From the NCBI RefSeq assembly GCF_009914755.1, contig NC_060939.1: a DNA stretch of 64,000 nt; one strand, 5' to 3'. The DNA is from the human T2T-CHM13v2.0 reference genome, Homo sapiens. This document shows positions 1-17,169 of this stretch, one piece after another. Numbering within the stretch: the stretch's first letter is position 1; each line of letters starts with the position of its first letter. Under the pieces are notes generated by a model. It was not told the DNA's origin. It saw only the letters and a list, made by a program, of their open reading frames with translations, and did not search any database. The position numbers were made by a program, and so were the translations under genes.

Positions 1-157
1 GCAGATTGTCCTCCCAATGTGGTTGGGAATAATTCAATCCTTGAGGGTCTGGATAGAACAAAAAAGTGGAGGAAGGGAGAATTTGTTCTCTCTGCCTGAC
101 TGCTTGAGCTGGGACATTGGACTTCTCCTGCTCTTGGACTGGGACTTAGTTATTGCC
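1..157 (+). mobile_element. MLT2-family (ERVL) LTR fragment, truncated by window edge
   Basis: GCAGATTGTCCTCCCAATGTGG...AATCCTTGAGGGTCTGGATAGAACAAAAAAG...GCTTGAGCTGGGACAT resembles recalled MLT2 LTR consensus. Confidence 0.7.
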
Positions 158-277
158 TCCTCTAGGGAGCCTTGCTTTTCTTACCACCCCACCAAGCCCT
201 TCATATGTTTCCTTCTGACTACCTGGGCCTCCCTACAGAAACTCTTAAGAATATATACAGAGGGAAACCCAGGGGGG

Positions 278-612
278 ATATGTATATATGTATGTATGTA
301 TGTGTATGTGAATATATGTGCGTATGTACATACACACACATATATGATATATATCCATATATATATAAAAATGTACATAGGATATGTATATATGGATGTA
401 TAAAAGGATATATACATACACATATAAGTACACATATTTTTATATATGTGTGTTATCTTTATATCCTTATATGTGTGTGTGTGTGTGTGTGTGTATATAT
501 AAGGATATAATAACACACATATATAAAAATATGTGTATATATACATATATATCCTTATATACATCTTTATATATACACATATATATTTTCATATATGTGT
601 GTGGGTTATATA
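278..612. repeat. TA/TG/CA low-complexity tract forming an imperfect AT-rich palindrome
   Basis: 430-456 is the reverse complement of 510-536; 460-472 of 497-509; 395-414 vs 546-565 match 19/20. Confidence 0.9.
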
Positions 613-1109
613 TAAGTAACACTATAGATAAAATACTGACTTGTCTGCTCCTCCCACTGGACTCTGAGCTCTGTCATAAAAGGGACACTAGTTCTAAGTC
701 CATCACTATGCTCGCAGTACTTAGAAGAGGGCCTGGTGTAGAGTAGGTGCTCAATATATTTTGAGGTCAGAAAACACAGTTACATTAGGAATGGGAGACT
801 ATGAAATAGTTAAGAAGCTTATTATCAGATCTTAAATGAGTCTAGAGCCTCAATAAAATGAGGAGCTCTTAGATGCGGCTCATGATAGTTGAAGTAGAGA
901 ACATATGTCATAGGAATCAGGAGGCAAAGAGATTTCATGGCTGAGCATCATAAATATCAAAGTTGAAGTTACTGAGTCATGGTTATATGATTTCTCCTAC
1001 AAATGTGGCAGCTCAGTCATATTTATGGGTTTGATAATTTTTTAAGCCTTTGAAGAAAATCCTGGTAAGAAAAACTCACCTAACTTCTTGGCCCTGCATT
1101 CAAAGATTT

Positions 1110-1166
1110 GACACACACTATACACATACATATACATATACATATACGTATACGTATACATATACA
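1110..1166. repeat. (CATATA)n/(CGTATA)n microsatellite
   Basis: Hexamer repeats seen directly. Confidence 0.85.
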
Positions 1167-3511
1167 TGGAAGGTGTCAAGACCAGAATTGTACTCTTTGA
1201 GACAGAGGTGTCAGTCTAAAAAACCAATTTGAATTGAATGTCAAAGTTCACTTAAGTAGACCTTGGGCTACAATTTATAGAAAATATGCTCCTGCATCTG
1301 TAATTCTGCAGTTCAGTTGGGTGTAGAGGACCATCCAAACCAGTTTCTCAGGAGATGCTAATCATGAATTGTAATAGCATTACTGTATTCAGCACATAGA
1401 CAGCTCCACCCCATTATAAAAGTGAAGTTCACCTCCCTCCCCGTCCCTCTAGCAACTTCCATCTTTTCAGTCTCTCAATTCCCCTACCTGAACTTCTCTC
1501 ATACAATTCCCAGGCCTATCATCATTCCACACACAGGGAAACACCATAAACCATTGACCATTTTTCTAGAGTCACTTTAAATCAAAGTAATAATTTTTAG
1601 CGTATATTCCTCTGACCTCTAGCAATGAAAAATCATGTTAGCTGCGAAAAACCACATAACAGGATTTGAAACAATATATGAATAACTTCCTATGGAAAGA
1701 AACTGATTCTTTGACTTTTTTTTTTAACATAATAGCAATAGAAAATAAAAACTCAAAGTGAAAAATATCTAATAGAAAGTTGGAAGGTCCCTTTAAATAT
1801 AAGAGAAGGCTTTGGCATATTTGGGATTAACATGACAATAATTTTTTTTTTCAAAATTTGGTCCAAGGGTCATAGTAGTCTAAAAATTTTTTTTCTGATA
1901 TCCCAGATTGCTGGATATTTCTGACATACAAGACTCAATTAGGAAAAGACAAAAGGATCAAAGAAGAGAAAGCAGAATAACACTGACATTGAGAATGACT
2001 CTAGATGGGAGATCACCTAAGGATGAAAGCTTTTCTGGCAAACAATATGCAAGTATATTTATACTCTTGCTGCTCATTCCTTTTATTTAAAAACCATTGC
2101 AGGAATAAGGTGACATAAATTGTAGACTCCATTAACAATTGTTCTAGGGAACAATTAATACATGTGCCTACTCATATTACACTGAGCAACCAGGTCTACC
2201 AGCCATAGTTTTTGAATTCTGACAGCACCAGTTTTAGATATCTGTTCCATAGTGTGTAGGTAGTGTGAAAATACACAACCTATTTTCTTAAATAAATGTT
2301 CTGAATGTTTCCATATCATGGAGGTGGTGAGCCAACATAACCAACACTGATATGCAGTTTTTATTCTGAAAAAATGAAAATGAAATTAGTCAAGAGCTGT
2401 CAGGAAGAACAAAGAGGTTTCTTGTGGAATTTGTGTGTTAAATACAGCAATGGTTATAACTTTGTTCCTCGTATGAGGTAATGTTTTCCCAGGGATATTT
2501 AGTAATATTTAGCCATCAATCAATTGGCATTGCATCAAAAAAAAACACCTGCACTCCCACTAGATTAGCGGTGTGGTTTCCTAATCACATTGACAAAGAG
2601 CTAACAAAGCATGTGATATGTGGTGGAAGAGAAAACAGAAAGCTCTGCTTTACATCATACTGTTTAGGTGTGAGGATGGACCCTAATCTGCTTACACTGC
2701 ATTGAAGCTGAAAGTGCAAAATAAATTCATTATCCTGGACTGGGAGACAGTAGACAAATACATCTCTTGAGAGGACAAATAACTTTACACAGAAAAGGGG
2801 ATATCATATCATTTAATGAGGCAATAAGAACAACTTTTCAGGAAGACGGCCGGGCAGTGTGAGTTCTCTCATAGACACAGCGGAAGAGGTTTTTTGGTTT
2901 TGTTTTGTTTTTTTTGTTGTTGTTGTTGTTTTTTTTTGAGGAGAATGACAGCTTACTTAACAACAGACGTTTCTGTGATTGGAGAGGGAAGAAATGAACT
3001 GCTTTGCCGCTATTGCCTGTGATGGGTACAGGAATCCCAAAGCTTTGGGAGATCAGAAGAGATGTCCAATTCCTGCAGGAGATGCTTCACAGACCCCTTA
3101 AATCATTGATCATCTTCCCTTTTCATTATGCGATTTGTATCTAAGTCCCTTTACAGTAATTTCAGTGTCTGTTTAATCTTTGAGGTCCCCACAGAACCTA
3201 TTACAATGTTTTACATATTGTAAGACACACAGTAAGAATTTGTGTATTGTAAGTATTGACCTAATATATCTGCACTTTTAATGTATTCAGTTAAAATATA
3301 AATTGTATTTTAAGAATACAGTAAATAAAAGAAATGCTCCTATCAAGGCATTTCTCTATCCTATGTCTATAAGTTTATTCAGATTCAAGTGTGGGAATTT
3401 ACATTCATCATTAGTTCATCCATTCATTCATGTATAATGGGTACATAGTAATTATCTACTATATGCAAAGATCTCTAAGCCCTATGATGCAATTTAAAAA
3501 AATGTTAAAGT

Positions 3512-3811
3512 GTCTGGGCGCAGTAGCTCATGCCTGTAATCCCAGCACTTAGGGAGGCCAAAGCAGGGGGATCACTTGACCTCAGGCATTCAAGACCAGC
3601 CTGGGCAACATGGCAAAACCCCATCTCTACTAAAAGTACAAAAATTAGCCAGGTGTGGTGATGCGTGCCTGTAGTCCCAGCTACTTGGGAGGCTGAGGCA
3701 GGAGAAATCGCTTGAGTCCGGGAGGTGGAGATTGCAGTGAGCCGAGATTGCACCACTGCACTCCAGCCTGGGCAACAGAGCGAGACTCTGCCTCAAAAAA
3801 AAAAAAAAAAA
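3512..3811 (+). mobile_element. AluS-type SINE, full length
   Basis: Dimeric Alu with A-tail; TSD AAATGTTAAAGTG at 3500-3512 and 3813-3825. Confidence 0.95.
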
Positions 3812-4559
3812 GAAATGTTAAAGTGAATATCTTCATTAAGAATTTATAATTGAAAATATTTTCCATATTAGTGGAAAATCTCTATTTCAAAATTGATAAC
3901 TTAATTGAATCTAAACCCAGTTGAATAAGTATTTAATTTGTGCCCACTACATTACATTTTGTTGCCTGCTCTGAATTTTGCCTTCTACTCTAGCATATTC
4001 ATTAATGGGATTAGAAGGAATAACTTTTTGAGATGGGTGAAATAAGTCCGACCCAAACAGCTTTGAAATAAAACATGGGCCAGTAACAGTTACTTACAAC
4101 TGTCTTTAGCCAACATGTCCCTGGCTGAAAGGTTCCTTACCATGGCGATGTTTTGGTCCAACAGGACAAATGACCTGTGAGATGTGATGAAGGAGAGAGA
4201 GATGAACAAAAAAGAGGTAATGCACAGCCATGGATTTCCCGAAGCCCCTCTCCTTGAGGGCTCTTCTTGTGCTCTGGGGAGATGCGCCACTAAAAGAAAA
4301 GGCTAACTGTTCAAGGTGAAAAAACACCACTCCCTAAAAGGAGCAAGACTTGGCTGCATGCAGGTAACACTATGAACTAGATAAGAACATGCTTAAACTC
4401 TTCAGAGTAAAAGCATCTATTCAAGGGAAAAGAATGCGGAAGGTCGTGTATGCCCATGACCAGAAATTTAAAGTGTTATGTGGAGCAAGGGGACCTATGC
4501 AGAGCTATGTTATGAGCTGAATGTAAAGAATGCAGCTTACAAGTGGCTTAAATTCTTGA

Positions 4560-4785
4560 GGGACCGGAATGGTTTTGTTCTGGGCAGCCTGATCAATGGG
4601 AGCTTGTCTTTGAGCTATTCGCTCAGCAAGTGACTCAGCACTTGTGACGCCCGCTGTGAGACAGGCTATTGGCTGGGGAAGAGAAGATCTTTTCAAGTAC
4701 ATCAGAACGGCTCTGTCTCAGATAACCTTCCCCTGACTTTGTGACTGAGCTTCCAGAAACATGTCAGGGAGTTTCTAGGAAGGAG
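4560..4785. promoter_or_regulatory. Candidate enhancer (TEAD, two ARE/AP-1, GATA and GAS motifs)
   Basis: GGAATG 4566-4571; GTGACTCAGCA 4630-4640; AGATAA 4720-4725; GTGACTGAGC 4741-4750; TTCTAGGAA 4773-4781. Motif evidence only. Confidence 0.35.
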
Positions 4786-5104
4786 GCCAGAAATCATGCA
4801 GTTAGCAAGGGAGATCCAGCTGTGCCCACCTCAGCCTGAGAGTTTTATTCACTTCTTCTGCAGGGATCATTTTCAGCCGTTCAAAAAGTTTCCTACTGTT
4901 TCACCTCGATGGGGACTTTACTTGCTTTTCTGTGCAGGTTCTCTATTAGTTAACATGTTCCTCTACCCCATTTAACTTTTGAAGTGTGGGGCCTCTGAAT
5001 GAGAAAATGGATTGCGTCTTCCAATATCAAAATGGAGTCCTACTCATGATAAGTAGTTTAACACTTTTCTGAGAGTATTGAGTTGCTTTAGGAAGACCAA
5101 GTGA

Positions 5105-5320
5105 TTGGGTTTCAAGAGGTATGGCTTAAATCCCTACTCTGCCAATTATTACTTGTGAGATTTGGGAGGAGGTCACTTTTAAACCTCGCATTCCTCATGT
5201 GTAAAATAGGGATAATAATATCTAGCCTATTCATAGTTATTTTGATAACCCCAATGAGATGAACCGTACGAAAAGTGCCACGAAGACGGTAAAGCCCATA
5301 GACAAATAGAAATTCTTATT
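5105..5320 (+). mobile_element. MIR SINE
   Basis: Core ...AACCTCGCATTCCTCATGTGTAAAATAGGGATAATAATA... Confidence 0.7.
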
Positions 5321-6533
5321 ATAACTTTTCTTCTGCATGTATCTACTATCTTTATGTAACTCTTAACCACATTCTACTTTGTATTACAGTGACTTTTAAG
5401 TATTTTTCTTTCCCCTCAGAGATACCAAGTTAAAGGAATTCACATCATTATATCTCCCAGAGGACAAAGCCTAGAACTTTCTACATTCAAGTCAGTGAAT
5501 ATTGGGGAGTGGGGAATCCATGAATTCATTATGTGGTAAGTGAAACTCTGTGGCACACAGTTTGTGGTTCTGTCAATTGTTTTCATTGCTTAGATTTAGA
5601 AAAAAAAAACAAAACATTTTGAGGGAAAATATCTTCTTTCCTCCTAAAGTAGTAATTTCAGGTGGTATTCCAGAAACTCCCAGACATAAAATGGCCTCAG
5701 GAATGTCATATTTCACAGCAATTGCCATACAGAAAAACTCCTCTGCTAAAAACAGCAGTCTGTTTACCCTTTTAAAATTTCACCCACCCTTTCTGCCTCC
5801 CTTGTTTATTTTTCCCTAAACCCTAAGGATAGTGATTACTTTCTATAGCTGCTACCCCAACTAAACCACAGAAATCTCTATATTCCTTTTTGAACTCAAC
5901 TGTTTACCTAGTTGAGAACTCTTTATATTAAATTTCCTTCTTCAAATTACTAGTATGGGTTCTACCACCTGACTGGATTCCACACAGCAGAGCAGGTACT
6001 GAGAGGTGCCCCAGTCCTCCCTCTGGAACTATTATCCCAAGAACGCTTCTTCCTAGAAAATGGGATAAAATATCTACATCATATACACATGTCTGGAAAA
6101 CTCAAGATGCTTTTGGCAAGAGGTCATAACATCTGGCAATATCCCGAAAGAGCTTTTTGAGCAATTAAGAATGTCATCGGAGTCCAGCCCTTACTTTAAA
6201 TTTCCACAATTTGGGCTTTATAACTACAGTTTGCTTCTTCAAGTATGTTCTTCATTAAACAGAAACACACATTTATGCTCACACGTGTGCCACGTGCATA
6301 TGAAGCATACATGTTGTATCCATATTTGAAATGTGCAACTTATTCTTTTTTTATAATTTTTCTAATGAAATATGTAAATCTTCATTAAATTTCAGATAAG
6401 ACTAAGCATATCTTTCCTCACAAAGCAGTGGTTCACCTAGAAGAAACTGGCAGCTCACAAGGGAATCATCCCAGGACAAAGCTGAGGAAATAAACTTTTT
6501 ATTTTTTTTTATGTTTTTTTTTTTTTATAGTAG

Positions 6534-6968
<435 letters not shown>

Positions 6969-6974
6969 TAAAAT

Positions 6975-7440
6975 GCTAGCCTGATTGATTCTTGCACAAA
7001 ACTGTGAAGCAGGCAAGGATGACCTTTTCTGCTCATTTTACAAGATAGTGCATACTGGAAAGTTTAAAGGGTTTAGCTGAGATCACACAAATAATAAGAG
7101 GCAGAGTTAGAAGCAAAACAGATACTTTCTGTCTCTTTTCCATTCTCCTATGCTGCCTCTTCATGTTTCATTTTTTACATAATAAATCAATATTGTATTT
7201 TAAGGACTGGATATTATTAACACATTCTACATACCAGACATTAAGTCGAGTGCTTTTGTATGGATTAAAACCATCTTTTAAAACATCTACTAGGAGATAG
7301 CATAATGATTATCCTTATTTTATGGATGAGGCTTAAAGAAAATAGAAAAATTGATCAAGATTTCACAGTTGTTGAGCGCCAGAAGTGAGATCCAAATCCA
7401 GACAATCTTAATTTAGCACCAAAATGTTGATGTCCTGCAC
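6975..7440 (-). mobile_element. Two degenerate MIR fragments (~6975-7130 and ~7215-7440)
   Basis: CATTTTACAAGAT...GAGATCACACA and TTATTTTATGGATGAGG...CAAGATTTCACAG reverse MIR cores. Confidence 0.55.
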
Positions 7441-7786
7441 TATCACACTTCCCTTACTACATAGATATTTGCTGTAAAGAAATGGTGCTGTAAAGAAATG
7501 AACAAAAGGAGAAGAGGTCACAGAAGTTTATAATCTAAGTTTTAAGAAATTTGCTGTTCCTTAAGACATAAATAATACAAAGTAAATAAAGTAAATATAC
7601 AATATAGATATCAATCAAAATGAAAACTGATTTTTGGGAAAAATCATGCAATTCCGTTATTAAGAAATGAAAAATCTAAACTACATGTAAGAGAAATACT
7701 AAGTAAACATAAAATTTTAGTCATATAGGTTACAGTTTTGTCTTAAAACACTGCTATTAATCCATTTATTTTTAATTAATCAGTTT

Positions 7787-10430
7787 AGACACAGCAAAAT
7801 AAAGGAAAATTCAGGCCAATATTCTTGACGAACATAGATGCAAAAATCCTTCGTAACATACTAGCAAACTGAATCCAGCAGCACATCAAAAAGCTCATCC
7901 ACCACAACCAAACAGGATTTCTCCCTGGGATGCAAGGTTGATTCAATATATGCAAATCAACAAATGTGACTCATTACTTAAACAGAACTAAAAACAAAAG
8001 CCACATGATCACCTCAATGAGTACAGAAAAGACTTGATAAAATTCAACATCACTTCATGTTGAAAACTCTCAGCAAACTAGGCATTGTAGAGACATACTT
8101 CAAGATAATAAGAGCCATCTATGAAAAACCCGTGTCCAACATCATACTGAATGGGCAAAAGCTGGAAGCATTCCCCTTGAAAACCAGCATGAGATAAGGA
8201 TGCAGTATCTCACCAATCCTATTCAACAGAGTTCTGGAAGTCCTAGCTAGAGCAATCAGACAAGAGAAACGTATAAAGGGCATCCACTTTGGAAAGGAAG
8301 AAGTCAAATTATCCTTGTTTGCAGATGACACGATCTTACATATGGAAAAACTTAGACTCCCCCAGAAAACTATTAGAACTGAGAAACAAATTCAGTAAAG
8401 TTGCAGATATAAAATCAACATACGAAAATCAGCAGCATTTCTATATGCCAACAGTTAACAATGTGAAAAACAACTCAAAAACATAATCTCATTTATAATA
8501 GCTATAAATAAAACTAAATGTCTAGGAATTAACATAGCCAAGGAAGTAAAAGGTCTATACACTGAAAACATGAAGCACTGATGAAAGAAATTGAGGGGGA
8601 TACCAAAAAATGGAAAGATATTCCATGTTCATGGATTGGAAGAATCAATGTTGTTAAAATGTCCATACTACCCAAAGCAATCTACAGATGCAATGCATTC
8701 CCTATCAAAATACCCATGACATTCTTCACAGAAATAGAAAAAACAATCTTGAAATTTATATGAAACCACAAAAAAATGAGGATCGCCAAAACTATCCGGA
8801 GGGAAAAAAGAACAAAACTGGAAGAATCACATTACCTGACTTCAAATTATACTACAGAGCTATACTAACCAAAGCATGGTACTGGCATAAGAACAGACAT
8901 ACAGACCAAAGGAACAGAATAGAGAACCCAGAAACAAATCTATATACCTACAATGTAATGCAGAACTCATTTTCAACAGAAGTGCCAGCAACATACATTG
9001 GAGAAATGATGGCTTCTTCAACAAATGATCCTGGGAAAACTGGATATCCAAATTCAGAGGAATGAAACTTGATGGCTATCTCTCACTATATACAAAAGTC
9101 AAATCAAAATGGATTAAAGACTTAAATCTAAGACCTCAGACTACGAAACTACTACAAGAAAAAGTCAGGGATACCTTCCAGAATGTTGGTCTGGGCAAAA
9201 ATGTCTTGAGTAATATCCCACAAGCACAAGCAACCAAAGCAAAAATGGACAAGTGGGATCATATCAAGTTAAAAAGCTTGTGCACAGTGAAGGAAACAAT
9301 CAACAAAGTGAAGAGACAACCCACAGAATGGAAGAAAATATTTGCAAATTACCCATCTGACAACAGATTAATAATGAGAATATATAAAGAGCTCCAACAA
9401 CTTTACAGGAAAAAATCTAATAATCCAAATTAAACATGGGCAAAAGATTTGAATAGACATTTCTCAAAAGAAGACACACGAATGGCAAACAGGGATATAA
9501 AAAGGTGCTTGGCATCACTGATGATTATCAGAGAAAAGCAAATAAAAACTACAAAGACACACAATCTCAGCCCAACTAAAACGGTTTTTATTCAAAAGAC
9601 AGGCAATAAATGCTAGCGAGGTTATGGAGAAAACAGAACCCTTGCACACTGTTGGTGAGAATGTAAATTAGTACAACCACTATACAGAACAGATTAGGGC
9701 TTCCTCAAAAAACTAAAAATAGGGCTACCAATATGATTCAGCAATCCCACTGCTAGGTATATAACCAAAAGAAAGGAAATTGGTATATCAAAGAGATATC
9801 TGCACCCCCAAGTTTGTTGCAGCACTGTTCAGAATAGCCAAAATTTGCAAGCAATCTCAATGTCCACCAACAGATGACTGGATAAAGAAAATGTGGTACA
9901 TATACACAATGGAGTACTATTCAGCCATAAAGAATGAGATCCAGTCATTTGCAATAATATGGATGGAACTGGAGATCATTATGTTAAGTGAAATAAGTCA
10001 AGCACAGAAAGACAAACTTCACATGTTCTCACTTATTTGTGGTTGCTAAAACTCAAAACAATTGAACTCATGCAGATAGACAGTAGAAGGATGGTTACCA
10101 GAGGCTGGGAAGGGTAGCTGGGGGAAGAGGGAGGAGTGGAGATAGTTAATCAGTACCAAAAAATATATGGTTAGAAAGAATGAATAAGATCTAGTATTTG
10201 ATAGCACAACAGGGTGACTACAGTCAGTAATAATTTAATCATCCATCTTAAAATAACTAAAAGAGTATAATTGTATTGTTTGTAACACAAAGGATAAATG
10301 CTTGAGGGGATGGATACCCCATTTTCCACAATGCTATTATTACTTATTGCTTATCTCTATCAAAGTATCTCATGTACCCTAAAAATATATATACCTAATA
10401 TGTACCCACAAAAATTATTTTAAACAATTT
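7787..10430 (+). mobile_element. 5'-truncated L1MA1-3-type LINE (degenerate ORF2 RT/C-terminus plus 3' UTR)
   Basis: ORF2 fragments in ORF track (8581, 9062, 9780); L1MA-type 3' UTR ...GTTTGTAACACAAAGGATAAATGC...ATGTACCCACAAAAATT. Confidence 0.9.
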
Positions 10431-10469
10431 TTTTTAAAAAATCCAAATTTACAAAAAGGTTAAAAAAAC

Positions 10470-11915
10470 CCAGAAATTATAAATATGAAATACTTCTTTC
10501 TCTTGATTATTTTGAAAGAAAATTGATTCCTTAAAGCAAAAAAAAAGAAACATTTTAATTGGAGAGTTACAATGTACTTAAAAGCAAATACATGATAACA
10601 TTAACTAAAGGATGAAATTAACTTTCAATCCTAAAGTTAAATTATATATAACTTTCTCATGTTTATTTGAAGTATTACAACAGTATCTCTAAGTAGAAAG
10701 GAATAAGTTAAGCATGCATATTTTAAACCCTAGTGTAATCACTAAATAAACAAATGCAAGAAGTTTTAGCTAAAAAGTCAACAGAGGAGATAGGATGGGA
10801 TACTAAAATACCTATTTCGTTAGGCCCTAAAAGTCTCCCTAAAAATGAAAGGAAGAACAGAACAACAAAAACATGAGAAAAATATAAAAAAAATAGCAAG
10901 CTGTTAGACTTAAACACAACCATGTCAATAATCATATAAAATGAAAATGAAGCACACTTCAGTTAAAAGGTAGAGATTGTTAGATTGGATTTAAAAAATG
11001 AGACTCAACATAGGCTCTCTACAACTGCTTAGTTTCATACATAAAGATACAGATAGCTTGAACGTAGCAGGATGAAGGAAGGTTATAACATGCAAACAAT
11101 AAGTATAAGAATGATAGTGTAGCTACAGTACTTAGTATTGCAATAAAGAAGAGGGAAACATAATGATAATGGAGTCAATCAAGAAAACAACAATCTTAAT
11201 TGTTCATGTACCTAATAAAAGAGCTTCAAAAGAAATAATGTAAAAACAAACACAACTAAAGGAATAATTAGATAAACCCACAATTATATTTAGACATTTT
11301 CACCCCCCACTTATTGATTTATAGGACACCCATTAATGATTTATAGGACAAGTTGACAAAAAAATCAGTAAAGATATAGAAGTTGTTAACAATACTATCA
11401 ATCTCCTTTATCTAATTGATGTGTATAGAATATCACACTTAACAGAGAAGAATAGTCTTCTCAAGAATATATGTAACATTTACCAAGATAAAAAATGCTG
11501 CCCCATTAAAATATAATGTTCAATAAATTTCAAATAATTGAAATCTTGAAAATCAAATCAGAAATCAATATAAATTAGATTCCTACTGAATCCCCAAAGA
11601 TTTGGAAATCAAACAATACATTTCTAGCTAACCCATAAGCCAAAAAAGAAATCACAAGACAAATTAGAAAATATTTCAAACTAAAAGGCAGTGAAAATAC
11701 AATACATAAAAATGTGTGTTATGCAGCCAACGGTTAGAGGGAAATTTACAGCTTTTAAATGTTTATATTAGAAAATAAGAAAGGTTTTTAAGTAATGATC
11801 TAAGTTCCCACATTTAGAAGCTAGATAAAGCAGAGCACATTAAGTAGAAAAAAGGAAATAGTAAAGATATTGATGAAATAGAAAACAAATGATAGAGAAA
11901 ATCAATAAAACCAAC
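10470..11915 (+). mobile_element. Old L1M fragment (ORF2 endonuclease region), left part, interrupted by L1PA
   Basis: Degenerate EN-region DNA near 11000-11100; ends at ATCAATAAAACCAAC and resumes at 15357. Confidence 0.75.
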
Positions 11916-15356
<3,441 letters not shown>

Positions 15357-15680
15357 TAAAACCAACAGTTGGTTCTTCAATGCTATTAATCAAATTGACA
15401 AACATCTAGCAAGACTGATCAAGGTGAAAGAAAAAAGCATGCCTTTCCAATATCAGAAATGAAAGAGAATGTATCACTGCAGATCCTGCACATAATAAAA
15501 AGTATAATAAATAGATGTTATAAACAACCCTGTGGAATAAGTTGGATGACTTAGATGAAACCGATAAGTTCCTTGAAAACAACTTAACCAAGCAGACAAA
15601 AGAAGAAATAGAAAATCTGAATAGCTGTATACCTATTAAAAAAATTGAACTTGTCACCAAAATTTTTTTTACAATGAAGG
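15357..15680 (+). mobile_element. Old L1M fragment, right continuation
   Basis: AAACCAAC|AGTTGGTTCTT...AAATTGACAAAC continues the ORF2 sequence broken at 11915. Confidence 0.75.
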
Positions 15681-15812
15681 TAATTATTAGAATTTAAATG
15701 GTAAGAGAACTCCACAAGGTTATTGCAGACAAGTTGAGTGGATGAATTTTGGAAACTGAGCAGGATTAAAATGAGTGGTCCCTGGCAAGGTGAGTGTATT
15801 GAGTATCTGTCA

Positions 15813-16544
<732 letters not shown>

Positions 16545-16847
16545 GTTGATAAGAGATTAAGGCTTAATCCAAAGCCATGAATAATTTCCAAAATAATATT
16601 TTGGGGTTGCTCTCATGAAGAAAAATAATAAACAATTATAATAATCCACTTTCAAATCACAGGAAGCAAATCAGAAGGGTGAGAGCAGGAGAAAGGCAGG
16701 CTTAGCGTATAAGACAGCATGTTGCAGAGGGAGAGTTCCCAAATGTGATCCTCTCAATATCCCTCCTGTTCCAATGCGAAAGGTGTTTGGGGTGCAAAAG
16801 ACATTGGTATTTGTTGTACCCATAAATGATTAATGTTTCCTGCTGAA

Positions 16848-17068
16848 CCAGCCTGGGCAACTTAGTGAGATCCTGTCTCTACAAGAAAAAATTAAAAATC
16901 AGCTGGGAATGGTGGCATGCACCTGCAGTCTCAGCTATTCAGGAGGCTGATGTGGGAGAATTGCTTGAGCCTAGGAATTCGAGGTTATGGAGAACTATGA
17001 TGGTGCCACTGCATTTCAGCCCAGGTGACAGAGTGAGATCCTGTCTCAAAAAAAAAAAAAACAAAAAA
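16848..17068 (+). mobile_element. 5'-truncated AluJ
   Basis: CCAGCCTGGGCAAC...TTGAGCCTAGGAATTCGAGG...CTGTCTC plus A-tail. Confidence 0.88.
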
Positions 17069-17169
17069 CTTAAAAACTGATGTTATAAAAATAAACTATT
17101 TATCATGCTACATAGGATTCCCTAGGTATTTTTGTTTTTTCTCATAGGTCTGGAGATCAATCTTGGATA

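Noticed and set aside
17-746. Overlapping 110-128 aa ORFs rich in Y/I/C/V/H/T
   Set aside because: Translations of TA/TG dinucleotide repeats
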